From: Botryllus schlosseri
Lineage: Eukaryota
DNA: 64,000 nt
Direction of reading: 5' to 3'
Assembly (NCBI GenBank): GCA_051294905.1
Contig: CM119372.1
Span: forward strand, 24,616,001 to 24,680,000
Below the pieces are notes generated by a model that searched no databases, was not told the origin of the DNA, and saw only the letters and a program-made list of their open reading frames with translations. Shown here piece after piece: positions 45,839 through 59,200 of this stretch. A program made the translations under genes and the position numbers. Every line of letters begins with the position of its first letter. Position 1 is the stretch's first letter.

Positions 45839-47943
45839 CAGGGCTGTCGAGTCGGTAAATTTTACCACCGACTCCGGCTCCGACTCCGACTCCACACATT
45901 TTCAATATACCGACTCCGACTCCTGCGTCTTTAAACGTACCGACTGCGACTCCTGGGCCTTTAAACGTACTGACTCCGACTCCCTACTCCGACTCCAGCA
46001 TTATTAACAATTTACTTCGAAAATGATATGACACATTGTCGGTTGAATGACTATCATACAACCATTAACCATATGCAAACATATGATTAACGGTGGCATG
46101 TTAAATTATTTCATTGTGGCACAGCTCGAATTATCCACTATGCAATTAACATGAAAGAAAGATTTGCTAAATATCCTTCCTTTTTCAAGTTTTTATAACA
46201 TGAGCTCTCTAATATCCTGAAATGTATGAATCATTCAAATATGACAGATATCCAATCCTGTATAATAAAAATGTTGATGAAAAATCCAAGTGTAGCTCTT
46301 GTATATGAGTCAGCAACTAATAAAGAGATTGAACTTACTAATTTTGTCATTGTGCACTATCCTGATTACAAGAACACAAATACTTTACTACTAATAAACA
46401 TTGATCATAAATGGAATTTAGTTAAGTAGTCAGAGACCATAGCCTATGTCTAGTCTACATGTACTTAATCAAATACTCAAGGATTGGGTTTGCAGTTTTT
46501 TGTAATCATTTGTTCGGCCCAAACAGCTAAGCTACACACTACAAATATTTTTAATTTTGTCAAGTGGGAAACATCGTTTGGTCATAGTTACGTCATTTTT
46601 ACAATTTTACAAAACCAGCCGATGCATTTGCTCTGTCACAGTATCATGGTATAATTCCCAAAATTCCATCAATTTTGACTGCATCGCGAAAACGCATATT
46701 GCGATTTTCTTCCCCTGTGCAACTGAGTTGTAATTTGCAAGTGATGTGTGATTTTATCTATATCAGGGATGGGCAACTTTTTCGTCCAAAGGGACACACA
46801 TGAGATTTACGAACCATTGCGCGGGTAACTGGAATGTTGATAACCTTTTTTTAGTCGTGCAATAGGAACGAACCGAATTAGGTAACATTGCAAACAAGAC
46901 TTATATTAATACGCTCTAAAATTGATAACAATATGCCATGCAACTGTGCAGTGCGTAATCAGGCCCTAGTCGCGCGAAGCGCGAAATTTTTTTGCATCAT
47001 AATGACTGAATTATATCAATAAATATGTTGCTAACATACATTGGGGGTCGCATCTGTATACCACTGGGCTCATATGGCAAGGACAGGATTATTCGACGTT
47101 TAGACATAGCAAAATCGACGGTATCAATTAACATGCCTCTATCATTTTGTGCAAATGTTTTGTCGACGATCTGGCTGCGAGTGCACAAGCGAAGCCGCAT
47201 ATTGGACGACACGTTATCTCCTAATCGCGAATATAGTTAGACTCCATTCTGTGAATAATATGTATTTATAATTTTCAGAAGGGGGCTATAATACTGAATG
47301 CAAGAAATCTAGTGACAATGAATCATGCGAAGTACCGAGAAAAATGTCAAGTCAAACAAACAAAACAAACCAACTATGCTATGCATGCACGCTATGAAAT
47401 ATTCTACTTTATGGTCATTACGAAGATCTGGGATAAATGTTGATGGCCCCGGGATACGTCAATGCGTCAGAACTGTTGTTTTAGTCATCATTTAATTTCG
47501 CGGTCAAGCTAATCAAATTTTGGTTGGCCTTGCAATTGTACCTGATGTCATAAATAATTTCGAGAATCACCTCGCAGGCCACACCTAACCTTCTTGTGTG
47601 CAAAATTTGGCCTGCGTGCCATGGGCTGGCCGCATTTGATCTGTATGGTTATTAATAACAGTGATTGGTGGTACATAAAAATTCTATTGAAAATTATTTG
47701 AAAGCAAATGTTTTCATGATAGAGAAGTTGGAGTCGGGGTCGGAGTCGAAGTCAGGGTCATTTTCACAAACAACGACTCTAACTCCAGTCAGTATTTTCC
47801 CCACGACTACGACTACGACTCCAGCTATTATAGTTTTCACGACTCCGAATCCGACTCCAGCTATTATAGTTTTCACGACTCCGACTCCATCAAGCGAAAA
47901 TTACCCAGACTCTGAGTCCACCGACTCCGACTCCACAGCCCAG
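45839..47943. mobile_element. MITE with (GACTCC)n subterminal repeats and nested fragments
   Basis: Ends CAGGGCTGT / ACAGCCCAG; GACTCC arrays at 45870-45980 and 47730-47935; internal CAGGGATGGGCAAC end at 46764; ~46880-47470 resembles ~48620-49160 in reverse; no clear TSD. Confidence 0.6.
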
Positions 47944-50531
47944 TACAAGACACATTCATTTCGAGCCCATCCCCTTCTGCGCCTGGACATATGAAGACGT
48001 GACGTTTTGGCCAACATACCGCTCAACGGGGTGCGGTGGCAGAAAGATCGGTGGCGACAAAACCTTGGTCCAATAAGCTCGGTCGTGAATTCAATTCAAT
48101 TCAATTTAATGCTAAAATTTTTATCATTTCAATACACCACAAGACTGCGATACCATGAAAGATAGGAAGTTGTCGAACAATCCCGTCCCCGCAATGTGAG
48201 TAGTAGAATAAGTGCGACGCGCAGAGGAAAATATTTCACTCTAATTGATATCACGTGTGTCAGACATGTTTCGTAAAGATGTGTTGCGTAGGCTACAATT
48301 GTTGTCTGCGACTCTATGTCATTAATGCCCGTAAGATCGAAGCGTACAATTATGATATTAAAACTACATTCTTGTTGATGTAGGAGGCTTCCATTAAAAT
48401 TCAGATTTTAGTCGCGGCCTAAAAAGTTTACGAGCCACAACTTTAAGGTTATTGAACTGCTATGAACTTTCAGGTTAGCGAAGGGGCCGAACATGGTATC
48501 GTGACTTTCTTTGCTCTTCTCATTTAGTCGCGAGACAGAAAATGGAAAAATTGAAGAAAGAAAACAGAACGCAAATTGGAGCAGCGCACTTTGGGTTGTT
48601 GCTGACTTAAATATCAGTTGCGACGCATTGGCGTAGCCAGGGCCAGCTAAATTTTCCATGGATCTTCGTATATGGCCATAAAGTAGAATATTCCGTCATC
48701 GATTTATTTTACTTGATATTTTTTTAGCGATTAGCGCGATTTATTGTCACCAAATATCTTGCTTTTAGTATCCCCACCTGAAAATTTACTGAATAAAGTC
48801 TGACAATTGTCGCAATTATGAGAGAACGTGTCGTCCAACATGCGAATTTGTGTCTGCACTTGCAAAAAGATGGTCGGCGATGAAACCTTAGCACAAAATG
48901 ATAGACACATCTACGCGGAAATCTTCAATATTTGTATGTCTAAGCACCGAATAATCCTGTCCCAGCCAAATGAGTGCAGCGGCATATACAGAGGCTACCC
49001 GCATATAAGCAAGTGACATTAGTATTCGTAGAATCCATTCATTAACTTTGACAAATTTTCGCTCTTTGTGCGGTTAGGTCATGAGTGCACAATTCACACT
49101 GGTTTTTCTTGACATAGGCTTCTTGTTATCAATTTTGATGCGTAGTAATATAAGTCTTGTTTTCATCGTTACGTAGCCTAATGCCGCTCGCTCATATCGG
49201 ACGATTAAAGAGAGGTCATCAAAAGGGTCATTTATAGTCATTAAAGTCATATTTTGTTATATGCACCAGTAAGTCGATTTTAACGCAAAAATCGCATCCC
49301 TATGAGGTATTTTAGGAAAGTTATAAAGTCATATAAAGTCATATTTTCCTGGTTAGGTCACATATCGGCTTTTTAAGTTATATGGGAGAGACCGGCTACC
49401 TGCCGGTCCGCACCAGTCGGTTGCACATCCTGTGGTTTTCAATCTTTGATGGTCGCGACTGCATTTCTAATTTGAAAATGTTCTGTGTCCCAGCTCACAA
49501 TTTGACAAGCTGACTACTGAAAAGCGGTCAGCACCTTTGCCCAGATACTTACTCACGGCTTATTTTGGAAGCTGATTACGTTCAACATCTTCGCGAACAC
49601 CAGAATAGAGGCAAACGAGCCCCAGGTTCAGAGCCACTATCTTTGACTATAAAAGCATCTAAATGGCCTTCCGACTCTAGGAATATACCGTTCCCCTATT
49701 ATTGCGATTACAATTAGACTTAATTCGGTAAATGATGGTTATTCTTATTAATTTTTGATTGCTTTTTTTGCGAGGGCGGTGATCCGTGATACACATATTA
49801 AAATCAATGAACGTGACACCATAGTGTCCTATAGTGACACTAAAACGCGCGCAGCGCGAATAAAAACTCCAAGTGGAATAAATCTACCCAAAAAATAATA
49901 TCGTTTATGTTGATTTACGAAAAAAAAATTGATTGTATTTCAAGTCTTCAAAATTCCAGACATCTGGGCATATTTTAAAATTTCCTCCCGGACGCAATTT
50001 GAACGGTGAAATTCCGGACATGTCCGGGAAATTCCGTACTTATGGCAACCCTACCTTAGCACCCTTCGGCGAACTGGAGCATTCTTAAAAGTGATTACTG
50101 CCAACAAGCATTTTTCATATGCAGGAAATACTGCACATTTTGGATAGGGTAGCTTAATGCTTAGTGGTTCTTATAAAGCCCTATGGCAACAAGAGTACCT
50201 GTACAAAACCGAACACTTGTTCGGCCGAAAAGGATTTTAGTGCAGGCACCCATTCAGGACTCGATTTGGTAAAAATTACTTTTTTTTTGTCAACAACCGT
50301 GAGATTTTTAGAATCAGCTGTTTTCTAGTCCAGTAATCTAACTTTTGTGGTTTGTTTAAGTGTTCTCCTTTCCAGATCCCAAAATATGGTAACCTTACAC
50401 TTGATGGCCTATACCGGTTATGTATTGTTACGTATCTTCATTTACGGTAGGTTTGTACCAAAGAATGGTTTGTATACCGATGAAATTTTGTTTGCAAAAA
50501 AAAACTGCACAAGTGCACATTGCATAAGGGT

Positions 50532-50978
50532 TAGAGATGTACGGATCATGGTTTTTCGGGATCCGGATCCAATCCTGTTCGATAAAATGGAATCCTGATC
50601 CAATCCGGATCCTGTTTCCGACTCAAATGTTAAAATCCGGATACAAAAATATCCTGCACAAGGTTGTACAATTTGAGTATCCATTTGCCCCTGTCGTCGA
50701 TATTTTTTTGAATTACACCTCGGTAATGAATTGAAGTTTGCTGTTAGGGATTTTTCGAAATAGTGGTGTAATTCTGAAGCCAACTGAGTCAAAGTTCATA
50801 CAAAATATCGAAGTAAACACACAGAAAGTCACTTTCATGCACTGGAAATTTAGAATCCTGTCCTGATCCGGATCCGGCAGTCGGGTAAAAATGTGAATCC
50901 TGATCCAATCCTGTTTGAAAAAAACTTGCCGGATTCCTGTCCGGTTAGATTCCAAAATCCTGATCCTGTAGATCTTTA
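50532..50978. mobile_element. hAT-type MITE with GGATCC/AATCC repeats
   Basis: Ends TAGAGATGTAC / GTAGATCTTTA; perfect TSD ATAAGGGT (50524-50531, 50979-50986). Confidence 0.85.
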
Positions 50979-52766
50979 ATAAGGGTAAGGTAGATGAACT
51001 ATGAAGCATGACGAGTGACGTCCTTCAAAATATTTTTATTCTTAACGTTCGGCGGGAATGGCGATGTCAGAAGTGTCAGATGTATGTAAATATGTAAATA
51101 GTAATAACAGCGGACAAGGTATGTAGGGAAAATGGTTAAATTCGCCCGCGCAACAGACGTACTTCGACTATGGAGATGAGAAGAAACCGCAAGGTTATTA
51201 TCGAGTCACCAGGACCAGTAATAGCAGTGTTTGCCAAACTATTTATGTACGGTGATTGGCTGATTGCTATGTGACATTGTGATTGTGACAATGTGACCTA
51301 TGTCAGAGTCACATTTATTTACGGCGATTGGATGCACAATTGCACATTAGCCGACCGCAAATGACGTTACCTCATATTCATAAATCTGATTTAGCACTAT
51401 GTGGACAGTGAGAGCTCGTAATGGGATTTTCTCTAACAGTTTACCTCTACCATAATTCAGTGCTTTTCAACCTTTTTGATCACCATCTGCACTTCTTTGA
51501 CAAAAATTTCATCCGCACAAACCAACCAACAATTGTTATATGAAGAGAAAATGAAGATGCGTAACAATATCTTGTTGAACAAGACTTGATCACATGTGCG
51601 ACATCGACAAATATATAGGCTGCCGGTTTAGGCCATCAAGTGTATCATTAAAAAGAAAACTATTTTCCTTCGTTTTGATTTCAACTTTTTATAATGCACT
51701 TACTGCACACTAAGACACTTTTCGAACAAATAAGTGTTAGGTTTTGTACTTGGATAACCAGGTCTGCTGTCTGTATATAAGAACCCTCCAGCACCCCTAT
51801 CCAAAATACAGCGCATCTTCTACAAGTGAAAAATGTTTGCTGGCAACAATCGTTTTAGGACTATGACTCAGGGTCTCGGAGACTCCCAGATCGTCAAAGG
51901 GTTTAAACTCGCATGGTTGTTTTAATGCTTCTGACTTGTGGCTTGGAACATCCAGAACTATCGAGGAGAGTAGGCACATTGAAGATACCGGTATCTTATG
52001 ATATGCGGCTCCAACTTGTATTCTGTATTCTAAAGTGTCAACTGTAATTCTTACAAACCTTACCTCAACCTTAATCCTGTTTCGACCACTCATTTCGTTC
52101 TCTTATCATCATGTGCAGGGGCGTAGCCAGCCGAAAAAAAAAAACGGGGGATATTTTTTGAAAAGATGATATTCGTTATGCTAACCACTTCATTGCGGTT
52201 TAATACACACAAATGCCGATACTACAAGGGTAAGATAATCTCGTTTGTGTTTACTTCTTTATACACATGAACATTTACCAGTTATCTTAGAATATAGCTC
52301 TATTATGCGCAGACGCATGCTGCAGTACGGTAACAAACGGAAGGCGCTTTTGCCTTGCGCGCCACTATTTGCCGACAGCGAGTTTCATGCGCGCGGATCT
52401 TGATACAAAGCGCGCTCAAATCATGACTCAACGCAGCAGGTTATCGATGATCACCTCGCAAATCACAATGTATCAGATCAGATAGAAGTAGCAAACAAAT
52501 TTCGATGACAGCGAGGTATCTTGACCTTAATTACCAAAGCAAGGATGTATTCACGAAAGTGCGCGCGGATCATATTACAGCACAGTGGAAGATCTCTCCA
52601 TTTTGCGCTCAAAGACGAACACTCGAACAGTGAAGACACGCAAATGAATTATAGTCTGTTGTCGTTTGATACAAACAATCTGGATTAATTTTGTTTCAAA
52701 TTAATATGATTTGTCTGCCAAGATGGTGTAGTATTTTTGGTGTGTGGAGATGGTAAAGACTAATTA

Positions 52767-53946
52767 CCGTCCTTGGACCGACTTTTTTCCTCATTTATAT
52801 TAACGACATTGTTAATGCATCTTTATTCCGCACAACGCTATTTGCTGATGATACTCACCTCTTCATAACCTCCAACACTGTCGATGATTTGCATGCATCT
52901 GTGAATAGGGAACTCCCAAAAGTGTGGAGATGGCTCCAAGCAAACAAACTAAGTTTGAATGCAGATAAGACCGAGATGCTCGTTTTAAATAATGCCAGTC
53001 ATAATTTCACTGTGAACATCAATCATAAACAAATCTCAATATGTGACTCAGCAAAATATCTCGGCGTCACCATTGATTCCAAATTGTCTTGGAAGCAGCA
53101 TATTGAATGCACAATATCAAAACTAGCTCGGTGTGTGGGAATAATGACCCGTCTCCAATCTTTGGTTTCCAGATCAGTACTACGAACCATCTACTTCTCT
53201 CTTTTCCACTCTCATCTGCAATATGGAATCGTAGTATGGGGAAATGCATGCACATCATTTTTGTGCAGAATTCGAACCCTGCAAAACCGTGCGATACGGC
53301 TGATCTCATCTGTATACCTTTACGTACCAATTTATCGCCTTACTACCATGAAGCATCGAATTTTGCGAGTTGATGAACTATATCGCTTCGAAGTATCAAA
53401 AGTTGTTCACAAATATTTTTCCAATAGTCTGCCTCCTGTGTTTGAAGACTTTTTCATACCTGCTAAACATGTCCATTCCCATTACACGAGATCCTCGTCT
53501 AAAGGAAACATCTACTTACCCCCACCCAACAGCAACCTAACTAAGAGATCTATCGACTACTCGGGACCTATCATCTGGAATGCATTACCACCACATATCC
53601 GTGAATTGCCTTATAATAGATTCAAAAAAGCCCTACTTGATCACCTCTTGTCGTTACACTAACACTGTTGCCCTACCTCGCCCAGACATTGCTTCATTGA
53701 TCATTTGCTACCATTGTTTAATTTTTTTTTCTATTTTCCTTTCTTAACTAAACATTTTTTACAGCCAGACTGTTCAGAGTCAAGTGTACCTGTTTGATGC
53801 TGGTGTGATCAGACTAGATGACCTTCACGGTCTTATCGATCATTCCTATCTAATACCGAATACTGTGCACGCATATTTTCTGTACCACCATCACTGCCGT
53901 TTGTTATGTATTTTGGTTCAATGAAAATAAAGACTCTCTCTCTCTC
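52767..53946 (+). mobile_element. 5'-truncated L2/CR1-group LINE (RT C-terminal half and 3' UTR)
   Basis: Open frame VLGPTFFLIYINDI..LFADDT..ANKLSLNADKT..KYLGV..QNRAIR..WNALP to the stop at 53662; ends AATAAA plus a (CT)n tail. Confidence 0.9.
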
Positions 53947-54027
53947 ACTCACTGATATTCATTCTTCTTATTTTATTACAGTGTATAGTGCGTACTCATC
54001 TAGAGGTGAAATATCCCATTCAACGAT

Positions 54028-55479
54028 ATGACTCAGTCTATAATGGTTCAAGTAGGTCAGTGTGGAAATCAAATTGGATGTCGCTTCTGGGACTTGTGTT
54101 TACGCGAGCATTCCCTCCATAGTCAAAAAGGGATTTACGATGACTCAATTTCGAGTTTCTTCAGGAATACCGATTCAAGATACCAATCCGAAGTTGACAT
54201 ACCTGTCGGTAAAGGAAACACAAAAATAAGCAACTTGAAGGCGCGGGCTATCTTGGTTGATATGGAGGAGGGAGTCATAAACGAGATGTTGCAAACCAGA
54301 CTTGGCGCGATTTTTGATCATAAACAACTTATTACTGATGTGTCAGGATCCGGTAATAACTGGGCTGTCGGAAATAAGGAATATGGTTCGCGATATCGGG
54401 AAAAAATTATTGAACAAGTACGGAAAGCTGCCGAAGCCTGTGACTGTCTGCAATGTTTTTTCATCCTCCATTCTATGGGCGGTGGCACTGGTTCTGGTCT
54501 TGGCACCGCCATCCTCGCACTGCTCAAGGATGAATATCCTGAAGTTTATCGATTTGTCACGGCCGTGTATCCATCCCAAGATGATGACGTCGTAACATCT
54601 CCGTATAATTCTGTTCTCGCTATGGGTCAACTTACAGAGTTTGCTGACTGTGTGCTACCCATCGATAATCAATCTTTATCAAATATCTATGATAAAGTAA
54701 TGAATGCTCAGTCCAAGCACAAGCTGGTAGGTAAAACCGTGATAAAACAGGACTCCGCTATTACATCCGGTGCCGGAAGTGTTGGGGAAAAGAAAGAGAA
54801 ACCATTCGACGCCATGAATAATATCGTTGCTAACACTATTCTAAATATGACCAGCTCATCTCGTTTTGATGGATCCCTGAATATAGATTTGAATGAAATT
54901 GCAATGAACCTGGTGCCATATCCGCGCAAGCACTATTTGGTCTCTAGCATGTCGCCATTGTACATTTCTAGAGATGTCGGTCTTCCTGCTAGACGCTTGG
55001 ATCAAGCGTTCGGGGACCTGTTTCTGAAAGATTATCAGTTGGTGACTGCGGATCCTATGAGGAGTTTGTATCTTGCCTGTGCCGTGATGGTGCGTGGCTC
55101 TGGGGTTTGCGTGTCAGATTTGAGGAGAAATATTGATCGTTTGAAGCCAAACTTGAATTTCGTACCTTGGAATCAAGAAGGCTGGAAAACTGGATTGTGC
55201 AATGTTCCTCCAGTCGGACAGCCCTACTCATTATTGTGCCTTTCTAACAACACCTGCGTGCAGCATTCGTTCACAAATTTGCGTGACCGTTTTGTAAAGC
55301 TTTATCGTAGGAAAGCTCACATTTATCATTACGAGCGAGTGGATGGCTTTGACTCGAGCTTGTTTGACGAGAGTGTCGAATCCCTGGACTCGTTGATTGC
55401 GGAATATCGAGATATGGAAAGGACGTTGTTAGTTCAACCGGATGAGAGTGCAAGCATTCCTCGGCCCAAATTGTTATAG
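54028..55479 (+). CDS. TUBE1: Tubulin epsilon chain, intronless CDS, 483 aa
   Basis: MTQSIMVQVGQCGNQIGCRFW, KARAILVDMEEGV, SGSGNNWAVG, GGGTGSG, DDDVVTSPYN and WNQEGWKTGLC are characteristic of epsilon-tubulin; splice acceptor TTTTATTACAG ends at 53981. Confidence 0.97.
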   Translation: MTQSIMVQVGQCGNQIGCRFWDLCLREHSLHSQKGIYDDSISSFFRNTDSRYQSEVDIPVGKGNTKISNLKARAILVDMEEGVINEMLQTRLGAIFDHKQLITDVSGSGNNWAVGNKEYGSRYREKIIEQVRKAAEACDCLQCFFILHSMGGGTGSGLGTAILALLKDEYPEVYRFVTAVYPSQDDDVVTSPYNSVLAMGQLTEFADCVLPIDNQSLSNIYDKVMNAQSKHKLVGKTVIKQDSAITSGAGSVGEKKEKPFDAMNNIVANTILNMTSSSRFDGSLNIDLNEIAMNLVPYPRKHYLVSSMSPLYISRDVGLPARRLDQAFGDLFLKDYQLVTADPMRSLYLACAVMVRGSGVCVSDLRRNIDRLKPNLNFVPWNQEGWKTGLCNVPPVGQPYSLLCLSNNTCVQHSFTNLRDRFVKLYRRKAHIYHYERVDGFDSSLFDESVESLDSLIAEYRDMERTLLVQPDESASIPRPKLL

Positions 55480-56297
55480 CGATTGAATTATTTTTAATGC
55501 TACATAATTTGGTACGGCACTCATTTTGAACACACTCCAACATATCCTTTTTTCTGAATAATCACATTCTCTGTGTATATGGTGTAATCTTCTCAAATTG
55601 AATTATTAGTTTCAGTTCTCTCAACCAAGGTTGCACAATACCGAGTACTAGTATAGGTAGGCCACAAAATTTATGTTATTGCAGCATTTCTAGCATCTGT
55701 CTTCTTTAGCTGATATGCATTGTGCTGTTGAATTGTGTGACAAATGCAATGACTAAAGTTGAGTTGTACTTCATCATTGAGCTAAATAAGATCATATAAT
55801 TGTTGAATCAATGATGTTGGACATAGGCCTCTGACTGTCTATGGACAACGGGTCTCAAACACGCCGTTTCGAAAGCAAGTAGGCTACGGCAGCAGTTTTA
55901 TTAAAATATTTGAAAGTGAGATTTTTTTATGTCAGGATTGAGTTGCTACAATGATTAATCAGATTTTCACGATAGGTGTGGAATGTCAGTCTCCAAGGTC
56001 CTGACAAATAAGGTCTACTCGCCGAGTTCGAAAGACACTGAATGCTCCTATTATTGTTGCTGCGGCCTGCAACATCATTAAAAACTTGTAAACTGGTCTG
56101 CGAGCACATTTGAGACCTCTCGTCCCCTGGTATAGACACATGTCACATTTAGTGATATTTATGTTTGAATTATTTTACAAGGCGTGGGATTTATTGTATC
56201 TTCAATTCAATAATTCTGATGCAAATTCTATTTTTTGTAGCTTCTAATAAAGTATCAAGCTAAAGCTTTGCTAGAGAACCTGGGAAGCTCCACCAAT

Positions 56298-59200
56298 ATG
56301 GTACGTAATGTTTGGTTAGAGCCGAAGTGCATAATCTTTCATCTATATCAATTTTAGAGCAAGTCTACTGTTCGCGTTTATGTAAGATTGAGACCTGTCT
56401 TCATTCAAGAAGGACAAGAGCCTGAAAAGACATGCTTACGGGCTGTAGATCACAATAAGTTGGAGGTGGGTGAACCCCTGTGGGTCTCATATCTTGTTAC
56501 ATCATTGTGGAGGTGGGCCATATTGTACTATAACCAATAAGCTTCTATAGTCTTGTAATGCTTCTTTACATGTTGCACATTTAATTCCAGCTGCTCAACT
56601 ATCGGAATGTAGACGAAACATTGCAGTATCGCTTTAAACAAGTATTTGCGGAAGACTCCAGTCAGGATGAAGTGTTTTGTACTTGCGTCCAACCCGTTCT
56701 CGGCCGATTCGTCGAACAAAGACATAATGTCACTGTGTTCGCATACGGTCCGACAGGGTCTGGTGAGACTAACTTCAAACTGAATTATGTGTTAGGCTAA
56801 GTGGCATTCGCATTACATTTCACTTACACTAAATGGTATGATATTACTCATTTTTTTCCTCTGCAGGTAAAACTTTCACCATGCTCGGCACCAACGTGGA
56901 ACCAGGAATTATCCCGAGAACAATGCGATCATTGTTCAGTAAAGTTCGGCAAAGTTCATGTAACAAAGCGGAGTCATTCTCCTTATCAATGTCTTATCTT
57001 GAAATTTATCAAGAAAAGGTAACTATCAATGCTACGTATAGTTGCACTAGCGTTTCGCATTGTCCCTAGATGAATAACAAATCTTGTTACCGTAATACCA
57101 ACTGACCTTACTTGCCCAGAAGGGTTGCGGTGAGCCGAGCAAATCTCAAAATAAGTATCTTGAACAATTTTTTTGAGAGCGACCAAACTCTACCGTTGTT
57201 ATTCCAGTGTTGATTAATTAACAATCAGCCTAGGCAACCCAAGATTATTTCAATGTCGGATGCAAGATGATCCAAATCCTGGGTTGATGTCTGGTTTTCC
57301 ATGATGGTCTTAGTGAATTACGAATCGAAGGAATAGTGACACCTATCATTATTGAACATAAATCAGAAAGGCCCCCCTAGGTGTAGAATGTAGATGTAAA
57401 ATAATCTAATAAACGCTCTTAACTTGTGATGAAGCCTTGTGGATTCAATAACTCTATCTTAATAACAGGATCGAGAAACCTCGACTAGTATACAGAGGTG
57501 GTCAAAGTAGCCAGTGTTGCTACTTGAGTAGCTAACAGAAAACAGACGTATCAACATAAATTTTGACACGATTAAAAGTACATCGATTTCCAATATGTAG
57601 AAGTAGAAAATGAACGGCCCGAGAGGTATTTAGGTTAGTTAGTAGTTTCAAAAAGTAGATTGGGTCAGGAGGTCACATACTGCCGAAATACATTGTTACT
57701 ACCATCCCTGCTGCTAGGTAAGACTGGGTACTGTATTTCTTATATTTATAAGCATATTACTAATGAGTTCTTGTTACTCAAACCCAGGTGCATGATTTAC
57801 TTGGTCAACGCAATAAAGATCTGCCCATCAGGGAAGACGCTTCCGGGCGGATATTTGTATCGGGTCTCACCGAAGAGACGATCACAAATTTTGAAATGTT
57901 CGAGAGACTTTTCGTGCCCGCCAGCAAAAATCGAACCGTTGGGGCCACAAAGCTCAATGCTCGGTCGAGCCGTTCTCACACCATACTTCAAGTTCAAGTT
58001 AGTCACTGAAAACCAATTTGCTATTTATAAAACTGAGATGAGCGATTTTGTTTTTCAGCTTCGATATAGCAAATCATCCAACTCGAATTGCACGCAAACA
58101 GCGAAATTGTTCTTGATCGATTTAGCAGGTGTGATAATACGATCCGTAAAATAGCATGATCAATGATAAGTGTGCCCAACTTCTTTTTTTCCCTGTTCAC
58201 TGATACCTGCACTGTTTACATTTTACCTGCTTTACCTGTGCCCTGAGATGTGTTTGGCACACCTTGGCTCTTCATGCTGTGCAATCCCCCTCTTCCCTGG
58301 GAAACAGGAATCTGTCGGCATATGAGCAATTAGCATGCAGCGCAACAGGCAGCATTTGAGCATGTGGGTTAAGGTTAGTTTCAGGGTTAGCGTTAGCTTT
58401 GGGGTTCTAAAATCGCAATGATAAAGTGATGCATGTTCAAGTGTTTTTATGTCCCGTGCTAAACTACTCACATGTCAATCAACCGTGCCGACTATTTTAC
58501 GGCTTCCTTGGTCTTGGTCTTTTTTTCCTACCCCAATATACGTTTTCGCCGCAACATTTATATTGTCATAATCTAGCTGGACATAACGATCCAAGTTGTG
58601 AGACTCCATCTTGTCGAGTATCATTTTACCATTGAGAAATATTTTATCAGAGAGAATCATCGTTTCGAAATTTTCTTCTCCCCCTGCAGGCTTAGAAACC
58701 CCAATCATAGGGGTGTGTTTAATTTGTCAATGTCCCCAACGCCGCTAATGCCGACATTGCCACTCGGGGGCCGAAGCTAGGGTTGTAATGACTCGAGTCA
58801 GGATGTTGCAATGCCGACAATGTCCTCAGTAATTTGTCAATGTCGCTTATATTTTCTTTCTCTGTATATATTCAATTGTCGGCTTGGTTCCTTTGTTATT
58901 TTTGACGGAGACTCAGTTGAGATTCTTGTTAAGTATTGTTATAAATCCTACATTGTGCCAATGTGCCTGCTTTTTGCCTGCGTACCCACCCACATACGTG
59001 TATTTTCCTCTCGAATCTGCCACTGGAATGTATAAAGACTTCGACGTTTATTCAATTCAACGTAGGCCTAATAATATAAATATTATGATCAGTTATAAAC
59101 AATTTGCATTTGTGGTCAATCTTCAGGCCTTCCAGTCACGAATCACGTCGTATGTAGCGAGATAGCCGAAGTAGTTGAATAGCCGAGTAATGGATTTTAT

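Noticed and set aside
47665..47994. Thr/Pro-rich mucin-like ORF
   Set aside because: Translation of the MITE's GACTCC/GACTAC repeats.
57660..58154. 164-aa ORF in the ORF track
   Set aside because: Mostly an alternative frame across kinesin exon 5 and its introns; only the end coincides with true exon 6.
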